A stretch of 64,000 nt of DNA from an uncultured Flavobacterium sp. (GCA_913061465.1 CAJXSU010000005.1:504-64503), one strand, 5' to 3'; shown: positions 30,611 to 40,857, counted from the stretch's first letter. A program made the numbers and translations. Notes: generated from the letters alone by a model not told the origin.

Positions 30611-33418
30611 TTAAAATCTATAATTGAGGCTTAAGAAATAAGTAGTTCCTCTACCAAACCAGTATTTATTTCCAAATACAGGAATATCTAGACTCTTATC
30701 CTCTTTTAGTTGTCTGTAATTAGCGTTTCTACCCTGTTCAAAACCACCTGATTTATATTTGGTGTCAAATATATTTCCAATGCTTGCAAATAAACTGATG
30801 TATTGATTTCCAATTTTCCAGGATTTCCCTCCAATCATATTTACCACCATGTAATTATCAAATCTTTCTTGTTGTAATAGCTGTCTTGCAATATCTTCAT
30901 CATAATCGTTAAATGGAATACCTCCATCGTCAGCAAAGTTTGAAGTCCTAGTTAATGGAGCAATATCAACATAAACATTATCAAAGAAATTAGCAGTAGC
31001 ACTTACAAACCAATAGTCAGGATCTCTATATTCAAACCCTACAGAGTAAGCTGTTTGAGGCCCTGCAGCGAGTTTGTAATTTTTTAGGTTAGAAGCACCA
31101 AAGTCTTTACGACCATCAATGAAACCAGCATCTTGAGATCTAGTATTATTTTCAGTAGTTAAATAAAGATTTGGGTTATTATCATAGGTGTATTGTCCAA
31201 AATTACCTGCAGCTTTTAATTTTATCGTTGGTGTTACTTGAGCTTCCACTCCAAATTCTGCACCAAAATGCTTTTTATCAATCCCTGATAAAATTTCTTG
31301 AACAAAAGCAGTGTTATCTCCACCTATACCATCGGCAAAGAAAAACGAAATTTCTGTTGCATCTTGTATTTTTGTATAATATCCTGTAAGTTTAGCTTGT
31401 AAGAAAGGGCCTCTGTAAATATAGCTTGCATCGGCAGAAAGCACTTTTTCACTGGTTAAATTCTCTACAGTATTATTATTTTCTCTAGAATTTGAAAATG
31501 AGTTTCTTAGGTTTGGAGCTTTTGTTAAATATCCGGCATTAATATCAAAAATATGGCGTCCAGAAATTTTATAGGTCATCCCTCCTTTTGTTCCATAATT
31601 TGTAAAGTTTAGCTCTTCAGATTTACCATATGAAGATTCTGTAAAACCTCCATTTTGAAATAATCCGTCTCTTTGATGAGAGGTATTTGAAATGGAAGCA
31701 GCTAAATAAAAATCTACTTTGTTAAATTTGAATTGACCTTGTAGAAAGCCATCAACAACATTTGAGTATAAATTAAAGTTATACTTAAAAACATCACCAA
31801 CTCCAGCAATAAATAAAGGGTTCAATAAATTATTTTGCTTTTCATCAAAAGTATCTGCAAATGAATCAGCATCTAAATAACCTGTTCCTCCTAGTAGGTC
31901 AATAATCTCAGCAAAGTTTTTAGAAGTTAATTGTGTGTATTGCACTTTTGCATTTAATTTAAAGTTATCTGAGATATCTTTATTTAAAATGGTATTTATG
32001 GTAAACTGAGTATCATCATTCCTGTCTTCATAAAGAACGTAAGATGAATTCCCATTGTTATTTGCGTTTGCATTGGCATTGTATAGGCTATTCCAATTCA
32101 ATTGACCATCGTTTACAAAATTCTGTTGTATTTCATAGATATTTGAATATCCCTGTCTAAGACCGTAACTAGGTAATTTTTGGTAATATGTTGGGTCTGG
32201 ATTAGAAGCACCAAGATTAATAATGTATGGATTTCCTTCTCCATCAAGAGCATCACCATCAACTTTAGTTCCATTATTATCAATTCTGCTATTTCCGATT
32301 TTTCCAGTTTGATATGAAGCGTTTGTATTTAGAGATGTTGTTTCATTAATATCCCAGTAATGATTTAACATTAATATGGGTTCGGAAACTTCTTTAATAC
32401 GAGAATTTCTAATCTTTCCATTTTGGGTACCCCAATAAGAATTGTACTGAATTCCTCTAAGATCAAATACTTCTTGAGTTTGAGGAGCAGATTTACCTCT
32501 TCTGTTTAAAGCAGTAATAGAAGTGAAAGTAAGACTATGTTTATCATTAAATTTCTTTTCAACTGACCCAAAGAATGAAGTAGCATTATACAATGTACCA
32601 TCTACAAATCCTTCTCTACCCTCTCTTCTACTTGCGGCTACAGTAAATGCCCATCCATCCTCTGATAACCCTGTAGAATGGGTTGCCATGGCTCTATGAG
32701 TATAACTTCTATTTGAGGAGGCGTATGAGATCCGTGTTCCAGTTCTTTGCTCTGATGGTCTTACATTAATGTTTGTAGACCCTAAAATACCGCCAAAAGT
32801 ATAATCAGAAGCTCTTAATCCGTTGCTAAATTCTTGATTTCTTAATACATCATTTAAACCTCCCCAATTACTCCATTGTGGTCTTCCATTGTAGAGCTTA
32901 TTCATTTCAATTCCATTGATTAAAACTTTTCCATTCTCAGAGTCTAACCCTCGTATTCTAAAAAATGAAGAACTAAATTCAAAAGCTGCGGTTCTAAGAT
33001 AAATATCTCTCGATGCCTGAAGAAGCCCAGATATGTTATCTGCAGCACTTGTGTCGTCATTTAACTCATCGTCAGTTAACGTTACAGTACTTAAATCTTC
33101 TTCTTCACTTAAGTCTTCATACAATAAAATATTTCCTAAATCTACAGTACTTCCTGATAGTTCTACTGGAAAGTTTTGTGTTTCATATCCTTTGAAGGAA
33201 ATTTCAAGGACATAAGACCCATTGGTTAAGTTTTGAAGAATAAAAACACCGTTTTCATTGGTAATAGTATTAGCCGTATTCTTTTTAACGTTGATAGCAA
33301 CCCCCTTTAGTTGAGTGTTTTTTTCGCTATCTACAACTACTCCTTTGATTACATTTTGAGCAACTGTGCTTAAAATGATTCCAAAAAAAAGTAATAAAGT
33401 TGTAATAAATTTTTTCAT
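30611..33418 (-). CDS. TonB-dependent receptor-like outer-membrane protein
   Basis: Signal peptide, carboxypeptidase-regulatory-like N-domain, FRIRGLD plug, WGGLNDVLRN, C-terminal GRGTTYFLSLNYRF. Confidence 0.85.
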   Translation of the reverse strand: MKKFITTLLLFFGIILSTVAQNVIKGVVVDSEKNTQLKGVAINVKKNTANTITNENGVFILQNLTNGSYVLEISFKGYETQNFPVELSGSTVDLGNILLYEDLSEEEDLSTVTLTDDELNDDTSAADNISGLLQASRDIYLRTAAFEFSSSFFRIRGLDSENGKVLINGIEMNKLYNGRPQWSNWGGLNDVLRNQEFSNGLRASDYTFGGILGSTNINVRPSEQRTGTRISYASSNRSYTHRAMATHSTGLSEDGWAFTVAASRREGREGFVDGTLYNATSFFGSVEKKFNDKHSLTFTSITALNRRGKSAPQTQEVFDLRGIQYNSYWGTQNGKIRNSRIKEVSEPILMLNHYWDINETTSLNTNASYQTGKIGNSRIDNNGTKVDGDALDGEGNPYIINLGASNPDPTYYQKLPSYGLRQGYSNIYEIQQNFVNDGQLNWNSLYNANANANNNGNSSYVLYEDRNDDTQFTINTILNKDISDNFKLNAKVQYTQLTSKNFAEIIDLLGGTGYLDADSFADTFDEKQNNLLNPLFIAGVGDVFKYNFNLYSNVVDGFLQGQFKFNKVDFYLAASISNTSHQRDGLFQNGGFTESSYGKSEELNFTNYGTKGGMTYKISGRHIFDINAGYLTKAPNLRNSFSNSRENNNTVENLTSEKVLSADASYIYRGPFLQAKLTGYYTKIQDATEISFFFADGIGGDNTAFVQEILSGIDKKHFGAEFGVEAQVTPTIKLKAAGNFGQYTYDNNPNLYLTTENNTRSQDAGFIDGRKDFGASNLKNYKLAAGPQTAYSVGFEYRDPDYWFVSATANFFDNVYVDIAPLTRTSNFADDGGIPFNDYDEDIARQLLQQERFDNYMVVNMIGGKSWKIGNQYISLFASIGNIFDTKYKSGGFEQGRNANYRQLKEDKSLDIPVFGNKYWFGRGTTYFLSLNYRF

Positions 33419-33560
33419 TGATTGCTTGGTTGTTTTAAATTAGTTATTGCCTAAGCAAGATCAAAATTACCAAAATTAATTGATGTATTTGTTAAAATTA
33501 AAATATTTAACGGAAAGCTATAAATTAGTTCTTTATGTTTGTACTTTAAAACTATTTTAT

Positions 33561-34607
33561 ATGAAAAAAATACTTTTTTTATTTGTAATATTTTCTTCCT
33601 CAATTATTTTTAGTCAAAATAAAGGTAAGGAATATACCATTAGGACTGTTGCATTTTATAATCTCGAAAATTTATTTGATACTATTAATGATGTTACAAA
33701 AAATGATGAAGCAAGTCCAATGATGGAATTGAAGGAAAATCGTTCTAAAGTCTATTGGGATAAAATTGATAAATTAAGTTCGGTGATTTTACAAATAGGA
33801 AAAGATAAATCTAATACAAGCCCTGCAATTTTAGGAGTTTGCGAAGTGGAAAATAGAGCTGTTTTGGAAGATCTAGTGAATTCAGACAGATTAAAATCTA
33901 AACGCTATGGGATTGTTCATTATGAATCTCCAGATAAAAGAGGTATTGATGTTGCACTTTTATATCAACAACGCTATTTTAAGCCAACACATCATGAATC
34001 TTTTAATCCAAATATTTACAGAGATAATAGAAAAGTGTATACCAGAGACCAATTATTAGTTTCAGGTTATTTAGATGATGAATTGATTCATATTATAGTT
34101 AATCATTGGCCATCTAGAAGCGGAGGAGAAATGAAAAGTAGACCACTGAGAGAAAAAGCAGCATATCAAAACACAAAAATTATTGATCAAATTAAGCAAA
34201 AAGAAGAAAACCCCAAGATTTTAGTTTTAGGAGATTTTAACGACGACCCTATAAATAGTAGTTTTAAAAAAGTGTTGAAAACAAAAGCAAAAAAGAAAGA
34301 TGTTGAAGATGGAGATTTATATAACCCTTTTGAAAGATTATTTAAAAAAGGATACAATACGGGCGGATATAGAGATAATATTAGCATGTTTGATCAAATT
34401 TTAATTACATCTGCATTATTAAATAAGGAAGAAAAAGATTTTTCTAGTTATAAAATGTTTAACCCAGCAGTATTTAATAAAAGTTTTATGACGAACAAAA
34501 AAGGTCGTTATAAAGGATATCCATTTAGAAGCTTCTCCTTTGGAACCTATACTGGAGGGTATAGTGACCACTATCCAGTTTATATGTATTTGATTAAAGA
34601 AAAATAA
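33561..34607 (+). CDS. Exported endonuclease/exonuclease/phosphatase (EEP) family nuclease
   Basis: FYNLENLFD, GVCEVEN, DKRGIDVAL, NHWPSR, LGDFNDDP, FDQI, GYSDHYPV. Signal peptide from ATG 33561. Confidence 0.9.
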   Translation: MKKILFLFVIFSSSIIFSQNKGKEYTIRTVAFYNLENLFDTINDVTKNDEASPMMELKENRSKVYWDKIDKLSSVILQIGKDKSNTSPAILGVCEVENRAVLEDLVNSDRLKSKRYGIVHYESPDKRGIDVALLYQQRYFKPTHHESFNPNIYRDNRKVYTRDQLLVSGYLDDELIHIIVNHWPSRSGGEMKSRPLREKAAYQNTKIIDQIKQKEENPKILVLGDFNDDPINSSFKKVLKTKAKKKDVEDGDLYNPFERLFKKGYNTGGYRDNISMFDQILITSALLNKEEKDFSSYKMFNPAVFNKSFMTNKKGRYKGYPFRSFSFGTYTGGYSDHYPVYMYLIKEK

Positions 34608-34657
34608 ATTCCATCAACAAAAGGATTTTTGAAGTTTGGTAAACACAAAAAATAAGC

Positions 34658-35374
34658 TTAACTATCTTTCTTTTTTTTAGCTTTTATTTTTTGTTTTTTA
34701 TTTTTTTTCTCCTCTAGATATTCTTCCTCTAACATCAAAGTTTGTTTGGACTTTTTAAAAAACTCACTCTTTATGCTTTTCTTTGGTTTTCTAATCGATA
34801 GATTTTTTTTAATTGGTACCTTGGAGATGTTTGAAGAATTGATATTTAAATTTTCAGGGATATCTCTTTTAAAATCTGGCTCAGTTATGTTTTGTTCTAA
34901 TTCACTTTGTGTAAGAATAGTGTTAATTTTAAAATTAACAGATGAAAATGCATTTAAAATATTAGCTACTTGATTATTTACTTCAGTGGCTTTAATTGCT
35001 GGAATAGAAGACATATCATAAAGCCTTAATGTTTCATTATATAATAAATTTACTCGTGCTTTGAACGCAACAGTTTCTAAAAATTGAGGGTTAACACTAT
35101 CAAGGATACTTTTTGTAATGTCATTTAACTCTCTAGAATTATTTAAAGCATCATTAGGTGAAATAGAAAGGTATTGTTGTAAGAAAATGGTAAGGTTTTC
35201 ATATTCAATCCAAGTATCAATATCCGTTTGAAATTTTGATTGAATTTTTGAAACCTGTTTATGTTTTTTCACACGACTAGCTTCAGGCTTATCAACTACT
35301 TTTTTAGCCGTTGTAGTATCATCATTACAAGAGCTAATTAGTAAAATAAACACGCAATAGTAAATAAACTTCAT
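34658..35374 (-). CDS. Hypothetical lipoprotein with Lys-rich C-terminal tail
   Basis: Lipobox ISSC, helical core, low-complexity basic tail. Confidence 0.7.
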   Translation of the reverse strand: MKFIYYCVFILLISSCNDDTTTAKKVVDKPEASRVKKHKQVSKIQSKFQTDIDTWIEYENLTIFLQQYLSISPNDALNNSRELNDITKSILDSVNPQFLETVAFKARVNLLYNETLRLYDMSSIPAIKATEVNNQVANILNAFSSVNFKINTILTQSELEQNITEPDFKRDIPENLNINSSNISKVPIKKNLSIRKPKKSIKSEFFKKSKQTLMLEEEYLEEKKNKKQKIKAKKKKDS

Positions 35375-35547
35375 AGGTCATATATCAGTCAATAAAAATA
35401 CATAAAATCTCTTAAAAATCTTTATATTTAATAAAAGAGCATTTTATTAATTTTATTGCAGATAATTTAATTAATTCTTTTAAAAAAATTGTTTTTTATG
35501 AATAGTTAAATTATTTACCTTTGTTTTTATGAAAAACTTAAATTAGC

Positions 35548-36492
35548 ATGAGTCAAACTATTCTGGTATTAGGTGCTAGTGGGCAAATTGGAACTGAATT
35601 AATAGAAAAACTTCGCACGGTTTATGGAAGTGCTCATGTAGTAGCGTCTGACATTAGAAATGGATCCCCATCATTAATGAATTCAGGACCTTTTGAAATC
35701 ATTGATGCAACAGATAAAGAGGCAATTTTAACTGTTGTAAAAAAGTATAATATCACTCAAATTTATCTTCTGGCCGCTATGCTATCTGCTACAGGAGAAA
35801 AGTTCCCTCACAAAGCATGGAATTTAAATATGACTTCTTTGTTGGCTGTCTTAGATCTTGCTAAAGATAAATATATAAATCAAGTATTTTGGCCAAGCTC
35901 TATTGCAGTATTTGGATCAACTAGTCCTAAGATTCAGACACCTCAAAAAACGATAATGGAGCCTTCCACTGTTTACGGAATCAGTAAGGTTTCAGGTGAA
36001 TTTTGGTGTAATTATTATCATGATAAATATGGGGTAGATGTAAGAAGTATCAGGTATCCTGGAATTATAAGTTGGAAAACAAAACCTGGTGGCGGAACAA
36101 CAGATTATGCTGTTGATATTTTTTTTAAAGCTGTAGAGCAAGGAAGTTTTGAGTGTTTTTTAAATAAAAATTCTTGTTTACCTATGATGTATATGGAAGA
36201 TGCTGTTGATGCAACTGTTCAGATTATGCAAGTAAACGCTGATCAAATAAAAATTAGAACTTCTTATAATCTATCAGCTATGAATTTTTCACCAAAAGAA
36301 TTAGCTTTAGAGATACAACGGCATATCCCAAATTTCACAATTACTTACAAAACTGATTATAGGCAAGCTATTGCTGATAGTTGGCCAGATTCAATAGACG
36401 ATACTAAAGCAAGAGAGGACTGGGGTTGGACTCCTAATTATACCCTGTCCAAAATGACAAAAGTTATTCTCGAAAATTTAGTAGCTCAATAA
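35548..36492 (+). CDS. tdh: L-threonine 3-dehydrogenase (extended SDR / GalE-like type)
   Basis: GASGQIG, LSATGE, PSSIAVFG, YGISK, RYPGIIS, PGGGTTDY, DSWP. A -7 element TACCTTTG lies at 35516-35523. Confidence 0.85.
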   Translation: MSQTILVLGASGQIGTELIEKLRTVYGSAHVVASDIRNGSPSLMNSGPFEIIDATDKEAILTVVKKYNITQIYLLAAMLSATGEKFPHKAWNLNMTSLLAVLDLAKDKYINQVFWPSSIAVFGSTSPKIQTPQKTIMEPSTVYGISKVSGEFWCNYYHDKYGVDVRSIRYPGIISWKTKPGGGTTDYAVDIFFKAVEQGSFECFLNKNSCLPMMYMEDAVDATVQIMQVNADQIKIRTSYNLSAMNFSPKELALEIQRHIPNFTITYKTDYRQAIADSWPDSIDDTKAREDWGWTPNYTLSKMTKVILENLVAQ

Positions 36493-36557
36493 ATTTAGTA
36501 TTAAAAATATAGGATTACTTTTAAATTGCTTACCTAAAATAAAAAAATAAAAAATTG

Positions 36558-37151
36558 ATGAAAAAAAGTGTAGAAGATGGACTTCACAAAGCAATTTCTT
36601 ATACATCATACAGAAAACTTATAAGTGATTTAATAGCATCCGGAAAATCAAGTGGACCAATACAGTCAGAAGATTTATTGAATTATAGTAAGTTAAATGA
36701 TCGAAGAATGACGAGACTAGATAAAACAATACAGCTTAGTCAACAAACACTTCTTGGATTAAAAAAAATTGATAAACCCATTACTTGGTTGGTATTAACA
36801 GAGGGCTGGTGCGGAGATGCTGCACAAACACTTCCTATTATTAATAAAATTGCTAAAGAAAGTGATTTAATTACTTTAAAAATTATTTTTAGAGACGAAC
36901 ATGAAGAGTTAATGAGTCATTTTCTAACCAATGGGGGAAAATCAATCCCTAAATTACTTATTTTAAATTCTGAAAATAAAGTACTCAATACTTGGGGGCC
37001 TAGACCCAATATAGCTACAAAAATGGTGCAGGATTATAAAAACAAACATGGAAAATTAGATGCAGCTTTCAAACAAGAATTACAAGTATGGTACAATAAA
37101 GACAAAGGTGTTAATATTCAAGAAAATATGTTAGGCTTACTAACAAATTAA
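36558..37151 (+). CDS. Thioredoxin-fold protein (monothiol WCGD)
   Basis: LTEGWCGDAAQ, FLTNGGKSIPKL, WGPRP. Confidence 0.85.
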   Translation: MKKSVEDGLHKAISYTSYRKLISDLIASGKSSGPIQSEDLLNYSKLNDRRMTRLDKTIQLSQQTLLGLKKIDKPITWLVLTEGWCGDAAQTLPIINKIAKESDLITLKIIFRDEHEELMSHFLTNGGKSIPKLLILNSENKVLNTWGPRPNIATKMVQDYKNKHGKLDAAFKQELQVWYNKDKGVNIQENMLGLLTN

Positions 37152-37191
37152 TTCGTTCTAAGAGGGCTCTTTCTTTCACTATATTTGCACT

Positions 37192-37674
37192 ATGATTACA
37201 GACTTTAATTTATTATCTGAAGAAGCAAAAATTTGGGTATACCCATCTAGTAGAAAGTTTTACCCCCATGAAGTTGATGAAATTGAGTTAAAAATCAAAA
37301 ACTTTATAACTAGCTGGAATAATGAGAATATTAATTTTAAATGTTCCTATCAATTTTTATACAATAGATTTATAATTATTGCTGCTGAAGATGAGAATTT
37401 TTCAGTGACGAATTTGGACATGGATTCTCAGGTAGAATTTATTATTGATCTTCAAAATAATTATAAGGTATCCTTGTTAGATAGAATGAATGTTTGTTTC
37501 AAACAAGGAGAATATGTTCAGTATAAAGAATTAAAAGATTTTAAAAAGCTTGTTAAGAATAGGGCTGTAACTGCTAAAACCATTATTTTCGATAATTTAA
37601 TTACAAATAAACACGATTTTCAAAACTTTTGGGAGATCCCTATAGCAGAAAGTTGGTACAATAGGTTTTTCTAA
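37192..37674 (+). CDS. Conserved Bacteroidota hypothetical protein
   Basis: KIWVYPSSRKF, YNRFIII, LLDRMN, SWYNRFF. No Walker motifs. Confidence 0.7.
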   Translation: MITDFNLLSEEAKIWVYPSSRKFYPHEVDEIELKIKNFITSWNNENINFKCSYQFLYNRFIIIAAEDENFSVTNLDMDSQVEFIIDLQNNYKVSLLDRMNVCFKQGEYVQYKELKDFKKLVKNRAVTAKTIIFDNLITNKHDFQNFWEIPIAESWYNRFF

Positions 37675-38210
37675 TTAAAAACAGTAAACCCAATTCCTAA
37701 TGATATATTATCATAACTACCATTTTCAAAATTTTTAATTTTTTTTTGGTGATACATAATTTTAAGTGTTGGAATTAATTTCCTACCAGATTCCAGTCTC
37801 CATCCAACTCCTAATGCTCTATAGTCACCGTCTGAAAACCGTTCTGCAAGCCTCCATAATCTTCCAGTATTAAAAAGTACATAAAAAGCATCATCTTCTT
37901 TTGTCCAAAGATTGTATTGAAAAGTAAAATATGTTGGAATTGTTCCTATGAAATAATCAAAATGGTAATCGAAACCTGTATTAAAACTTATGGCGATTTT
38001 CTTCTTATACTCATAACCAATACCAAAACGAATTAGTATTTCTGAGGGCACAAAGAAAGGTTCAACATTAGTATTACCAAATTCAAAATTCTCATTTAAT
38101 TTAAATGTCAAATTAGCATCGGCATCAAAAAAAGAGACTCCATTTTTTTGTTGAGAGAATGAAATTAAAATATTAAAAAGAGTAAGAAATAGGAAAATTA
38201 CTTTATTCAT
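37671..38210 (-). CDS. Hypothetical small outer-membrane beta-barrel protein
   Basis: Signal peptide, aromatic/Gly-rich alternating strands, terminal ISLGIGFTVFN. Confidence 0.65.
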   Translation of the reverse strand: MNKVIFLFLTLFNILISFSQQKNGVSFFDADANLTFKLNENFEFGNTNVEPFFVPSEILIRFGIGYEYKKKIAISFNTGFDYHFDYFIGTIPTYFTFQYNLWTKEDDAFYVLFNTGRLWRLAERFSDGDYRALGVGWRLESGRKLIPTLKIMYHQKKIKNFENGSYDNISLGIGFTVFN

Positions 38211-38239
38211 AAAATTAATTTAACCTACAATTACAATAA

Positions 38240-38932
38240 TTAGTCCAATTCTAACTTTTTAATAAATTTCTCAATAGAAAGTGAATTGTCAACAGAAAAT
38301 TCACCAATCTTAGTCCTTCTTAAATTAGAAAGGTGCGCACCAGAGTTTAAAGATAAACCAAAATCGTAAGCTAAAGATCTTATGTAAGTTCCTTTGCTAC
38401 AAACTACCCTAAAGTCTACTTCTGGTAATGTAGTTTTTGTAAGTTCAAACTCAGAAATTGATACTTTTCTTGAAGCTATTTCGGTAGTTTCACCCTTTCT
38501 TGCCAATTCATATAATCGTTTTCCATCTTTTTTTATCGCTGAAAATATAGGTGGCTTTTGATCTATTTCACCAATGAATTTTTGGGCAGCTTTTGTTAAG
38601 ACTTCGCCTGTGATATGATTTATAGCAAACCTTTCATTTATAGCAGTCTCTAAGTCATAGCTTGGTGTGGTAGCACCAATGGTAAATGTTCCCGTATATT
38701 CTTTAACTTGTCCTTGATAGGTAGCAATATTTTTAGTTTCTTTTCCAGTACAAATTATAAGTAAGCCAGATGCTAAAGGATCTAAAGTTCCTGCATGCCC
38801 AACTTTTATTTTCTTTAATCCAAATTTTTGCTTGATGTGCCAACGTATTTTGTTTACGGCCTGGAAAGAAGTCCACTCTAAAGGCTTATCTATTAATAAT
38901 ACCTGACCATTTAAGTAGTCTTCTTTATTCAT
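38240..38932 (-). CDS. truB: tRNA pseudouridine(55) synthase
   Basis: KVGHAGTLDPLASG, PPIFSAIKKDGKRLYELAR, CSKGTYIRSLA. Confidence 0.97.
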   Translation of the reverse strand: MNKEDYLNGQVLLIDKPLEWTSFQAVNKIRWHIKQKFGLKKIKVGHAGTLDPLASGLLIICTGKETKNIATYQGQVKEYTGTFTIGATTPSYDLETAINERFAINHITGEVLTKAAQKFIGEIDQKPPIFSAIKKDGKRLYELARKGETTEIASRKVSISEFELTKTTLPEVDFRVVCSKGTYIRSLAYDFGLSLNSGAHLSNLRRTKIGEFSVDNSLSIEKFIKKLELD

Positions 38933-38934
38933 GG

Positions 38935-39723
38935 TTAAAAGGCATATATAATTGCAATAGTTCCAGCAATTGCACAGTACACAGAAAAATAGATTAATTT
39001 ACTTTTTTTAACCAAAGCGATCATCCATTTACATGCTAGTAAACCGGCTACAAATGCAGCAAAAAATCCAATAATCATTGGAGTTATATCTAATGAAATA
39101 CTGTTAATTTCTCCACTAGATATGTCTTTAATTACTTTGCCAACAATTAAAGGGACTACCATTAAAAATGAAAACTTAGCAGCTTTTGTTCTATCTATTC
39201 CTAATAAAACAGCTGTAGAAATTGTAGCTCCAGATCTAGATATTCCTGGCAAAATGGCTATAGCTTGAGATATTCCAACCACAACGGCATTTCTAAAAGT
39301 TACGTTTTTTGTGGTGTCTTTTGCTTTGTCTGCTAATAAAAGAAGCAAAGCTGTTATGAGTAACATACATCCTACCAAAAGAATTTGCCCTCCAAATAAA
39401 GAGGCAATTTCTTCCTCAAAAAAAAGACCAATAAAGACGGTTGGAATCATTGAAACAATAATTTTCAAAGAGAACTGAGTCTCTTCATTCCATTGAAATT
39501 TAAATAATCCTTCAAAGATTTCAAAGATTTCTTTTCTAAAGATTACTAATGTGCTTAATGCAGTGGCAAAGTGCAACACTATTGTAAATAATAGACTTTC
39601 TTCAGGAATAGAGTTATCTCCTAAGATAACTTTTGCTAACTCTAAATGTCCACTAGATGACACAGGTAAAAATTCGGTGAGTCCTTGAATGATACCAAGA
39701 ATAATAGCTTCAATAATACTCAT
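38935..39723 (-). CDS. uppP: Undecaprenyl-diphosphate phosphatase
   Basis: GIIQGLTEFLPVSSSGH and PGISRSGATI. Confidence 0.96.
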   Translation of the reverse strand: MSIIEAIILGIIQGLTEFLPVSSSGHLELAKVILGDNSIPEESLLFTIVLHFATALSTLVIFRKEIFEIFEGLFKFQWNEETQFSLKIIVSMIPTVFIGLFFEEEIASLFGGQILLVGCMLLITALLLLLADKAKDTTKNVTFRNAVVVGISQAIAILPGISRSGATISTAVLLGIDRTKAAKFSFLMVVPLIVGKVIKDISSGEINSISLDITPMIIGFFAAFVAGLLACKWMIALVKKSKLIYFSVYCAIAGTIAIIYAF

Positions 39724-39725
39724 TG

Positions 39726-39971
39726 TTATTTATTAGGGTTAAGGAGTATGGCATAAATTTCTATCCCTAAGCCAATAATAACTAGAGTTGGCGCTAATCG
39801 AATTCTTTGAAAATTATACATTGCTTCATTAAAAACAGCTGGGTCATCACTACCCCCACCTGACATCATAATAAATCCAATCGCTATGAATGCAATTCCT
39901 ATAAACATAAATAGGTAATTTTTCTTTCCAAAAAGGAAAACTGATTTAGGAGACTGTTTATCTTTACTCAT
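39726..39971 (-). CDS. DUF3098-type small membrane protein
   Basis: FGKKNY..two TM segments..RIRLAP; lies between ftsX and uppP. Confidence 0.8.
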   Translation of the reverse strand: MSKDKQSPKSVFLFGKKNYLFMFIGIAFIAIGFIMMSGGGSDDPAVFNEAMYNFQRIRLAPTLVIIGLGIEIYAILLNPNK

Positions 39972-39978
39972 AAGCTTA

Positions 39979-40857
39979 TTAATAATAAAGTTTTTCTGTT
40001 TGTAAATTTAAAAAACGTTGGGTCGCAAAAAATGTACTCAACCACGAAATAACAAAAGCTATAATTAATATTCCGCCACCTAGATACGCTAGGGTAGTAT
40101 AGTCTGATGTTAATTGAAGGCTTGGTATTTTCTGGTCTATATAATAAATCACAACGCTTAAGGCAATCAATGATATGATAGCTCCAATAAAACCTAATTG
40201 AATACCGTTCCAAATAAATGGTTTTCTAATAAAGCTCTTAGTAGCTCCAACCATTTGCATGGTTTTAATATTAAACCTTTTAGAGTATACTGAAAGCCTG
40301 ATTGAACTATTGATAAGAATTAATGCAATTAAACCAAAAAAAGAACTAATTGCAAACAACCAAAAACTTACTCTCTGAATATTTTGTGTTAAAAAAGTAA
40401 CTAAAGGTTTATCATAAGAAACCTCAAAAACATAAGTATTATTTTTAAACCTATCTGCAATCTCTTCCATTTTTTCTGGTGTTACAAAACCAGGATTTAA
40501 ATAGATGTCGATACTGTTTTTTAAGGGATTAGTTCCTAAATAATTAACAAAATCCTCTCCCAAATCTTCGGCGTAAAATTTTGCAGCATCCTCTTTGGAT
40601 ATATAAATAATTTTTCTAGTAAATATTTCTTTAATTAAGGAGTTTCTTAAGTTTTCTGTTTGATCTTTAGAGGTGTCGTTTTTGAGAAATAAAGTAATCA
40701 CAACCTCTTCTTTAAAGTGATTTGCTACTTGTGTAGACTTTAAAAGTACAAGACCTAAGAACCCAACCATAAATAACACCAAGGCAATACTAATTACTAC
40801 TGAAAAGTAAGAAGATCTTAATCGACGTTTTTGGTAAGAATCAAAATTAGATGACAT
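39979..40857 (-). CDS. ftsX: Cell division permease FtsX
   Basis: ISIALVLF, LGTNPL, INSSIRLSVYSKRFNIKTMQMVGAT. Start reassigned to 40857. Confidence 0.92.
   Translation of the reverse strand: MSSNFDSYQKRRLRSSYFSVVISIALVLFMVGFLGLVLLKSTQVANHFKEEVVITLFLKNDTSKDQTENLRNSLIKEIFTRKIIYISKEDAAKFYAEDLGEDFVNYLGTNPLKNSIDIYLNPGFVTPEKMEEIADRFKNNTYVFEVSYDKPLVTFLTQNIQRVSFWLFAISSFFGLIALILINSSIRLSVYSKRFNIKTMQMVGATKSFIRKPFIWNGIQLGFIGAIISLIALSVVIYYIDQKIPSLQLTSDYTTLAYLGGGILIIAFVISWLSTFFATQRFLNLQTEKLYY

Noticed and set aside
35428-35450. TTAATAAAA-gagca-TTTTATTAA palindrome upstream of tdh
   Set aside because: The arms are A/T-only in a very AT-rich spacer, so it is likely chance.
36807-36818. Thioredoxin lacking the second Cys (WCGDA), as a possible pseudogene
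   Set aside because: The ORF is intact, and a monothiol WCGD motif is a normal variant of this family.
37192-37674. Family that I recall being labelled 'ABC transporter ATPase'
   Set aside because: 160 aa with no Walker A/B or signature motif; kept as hypothetical.
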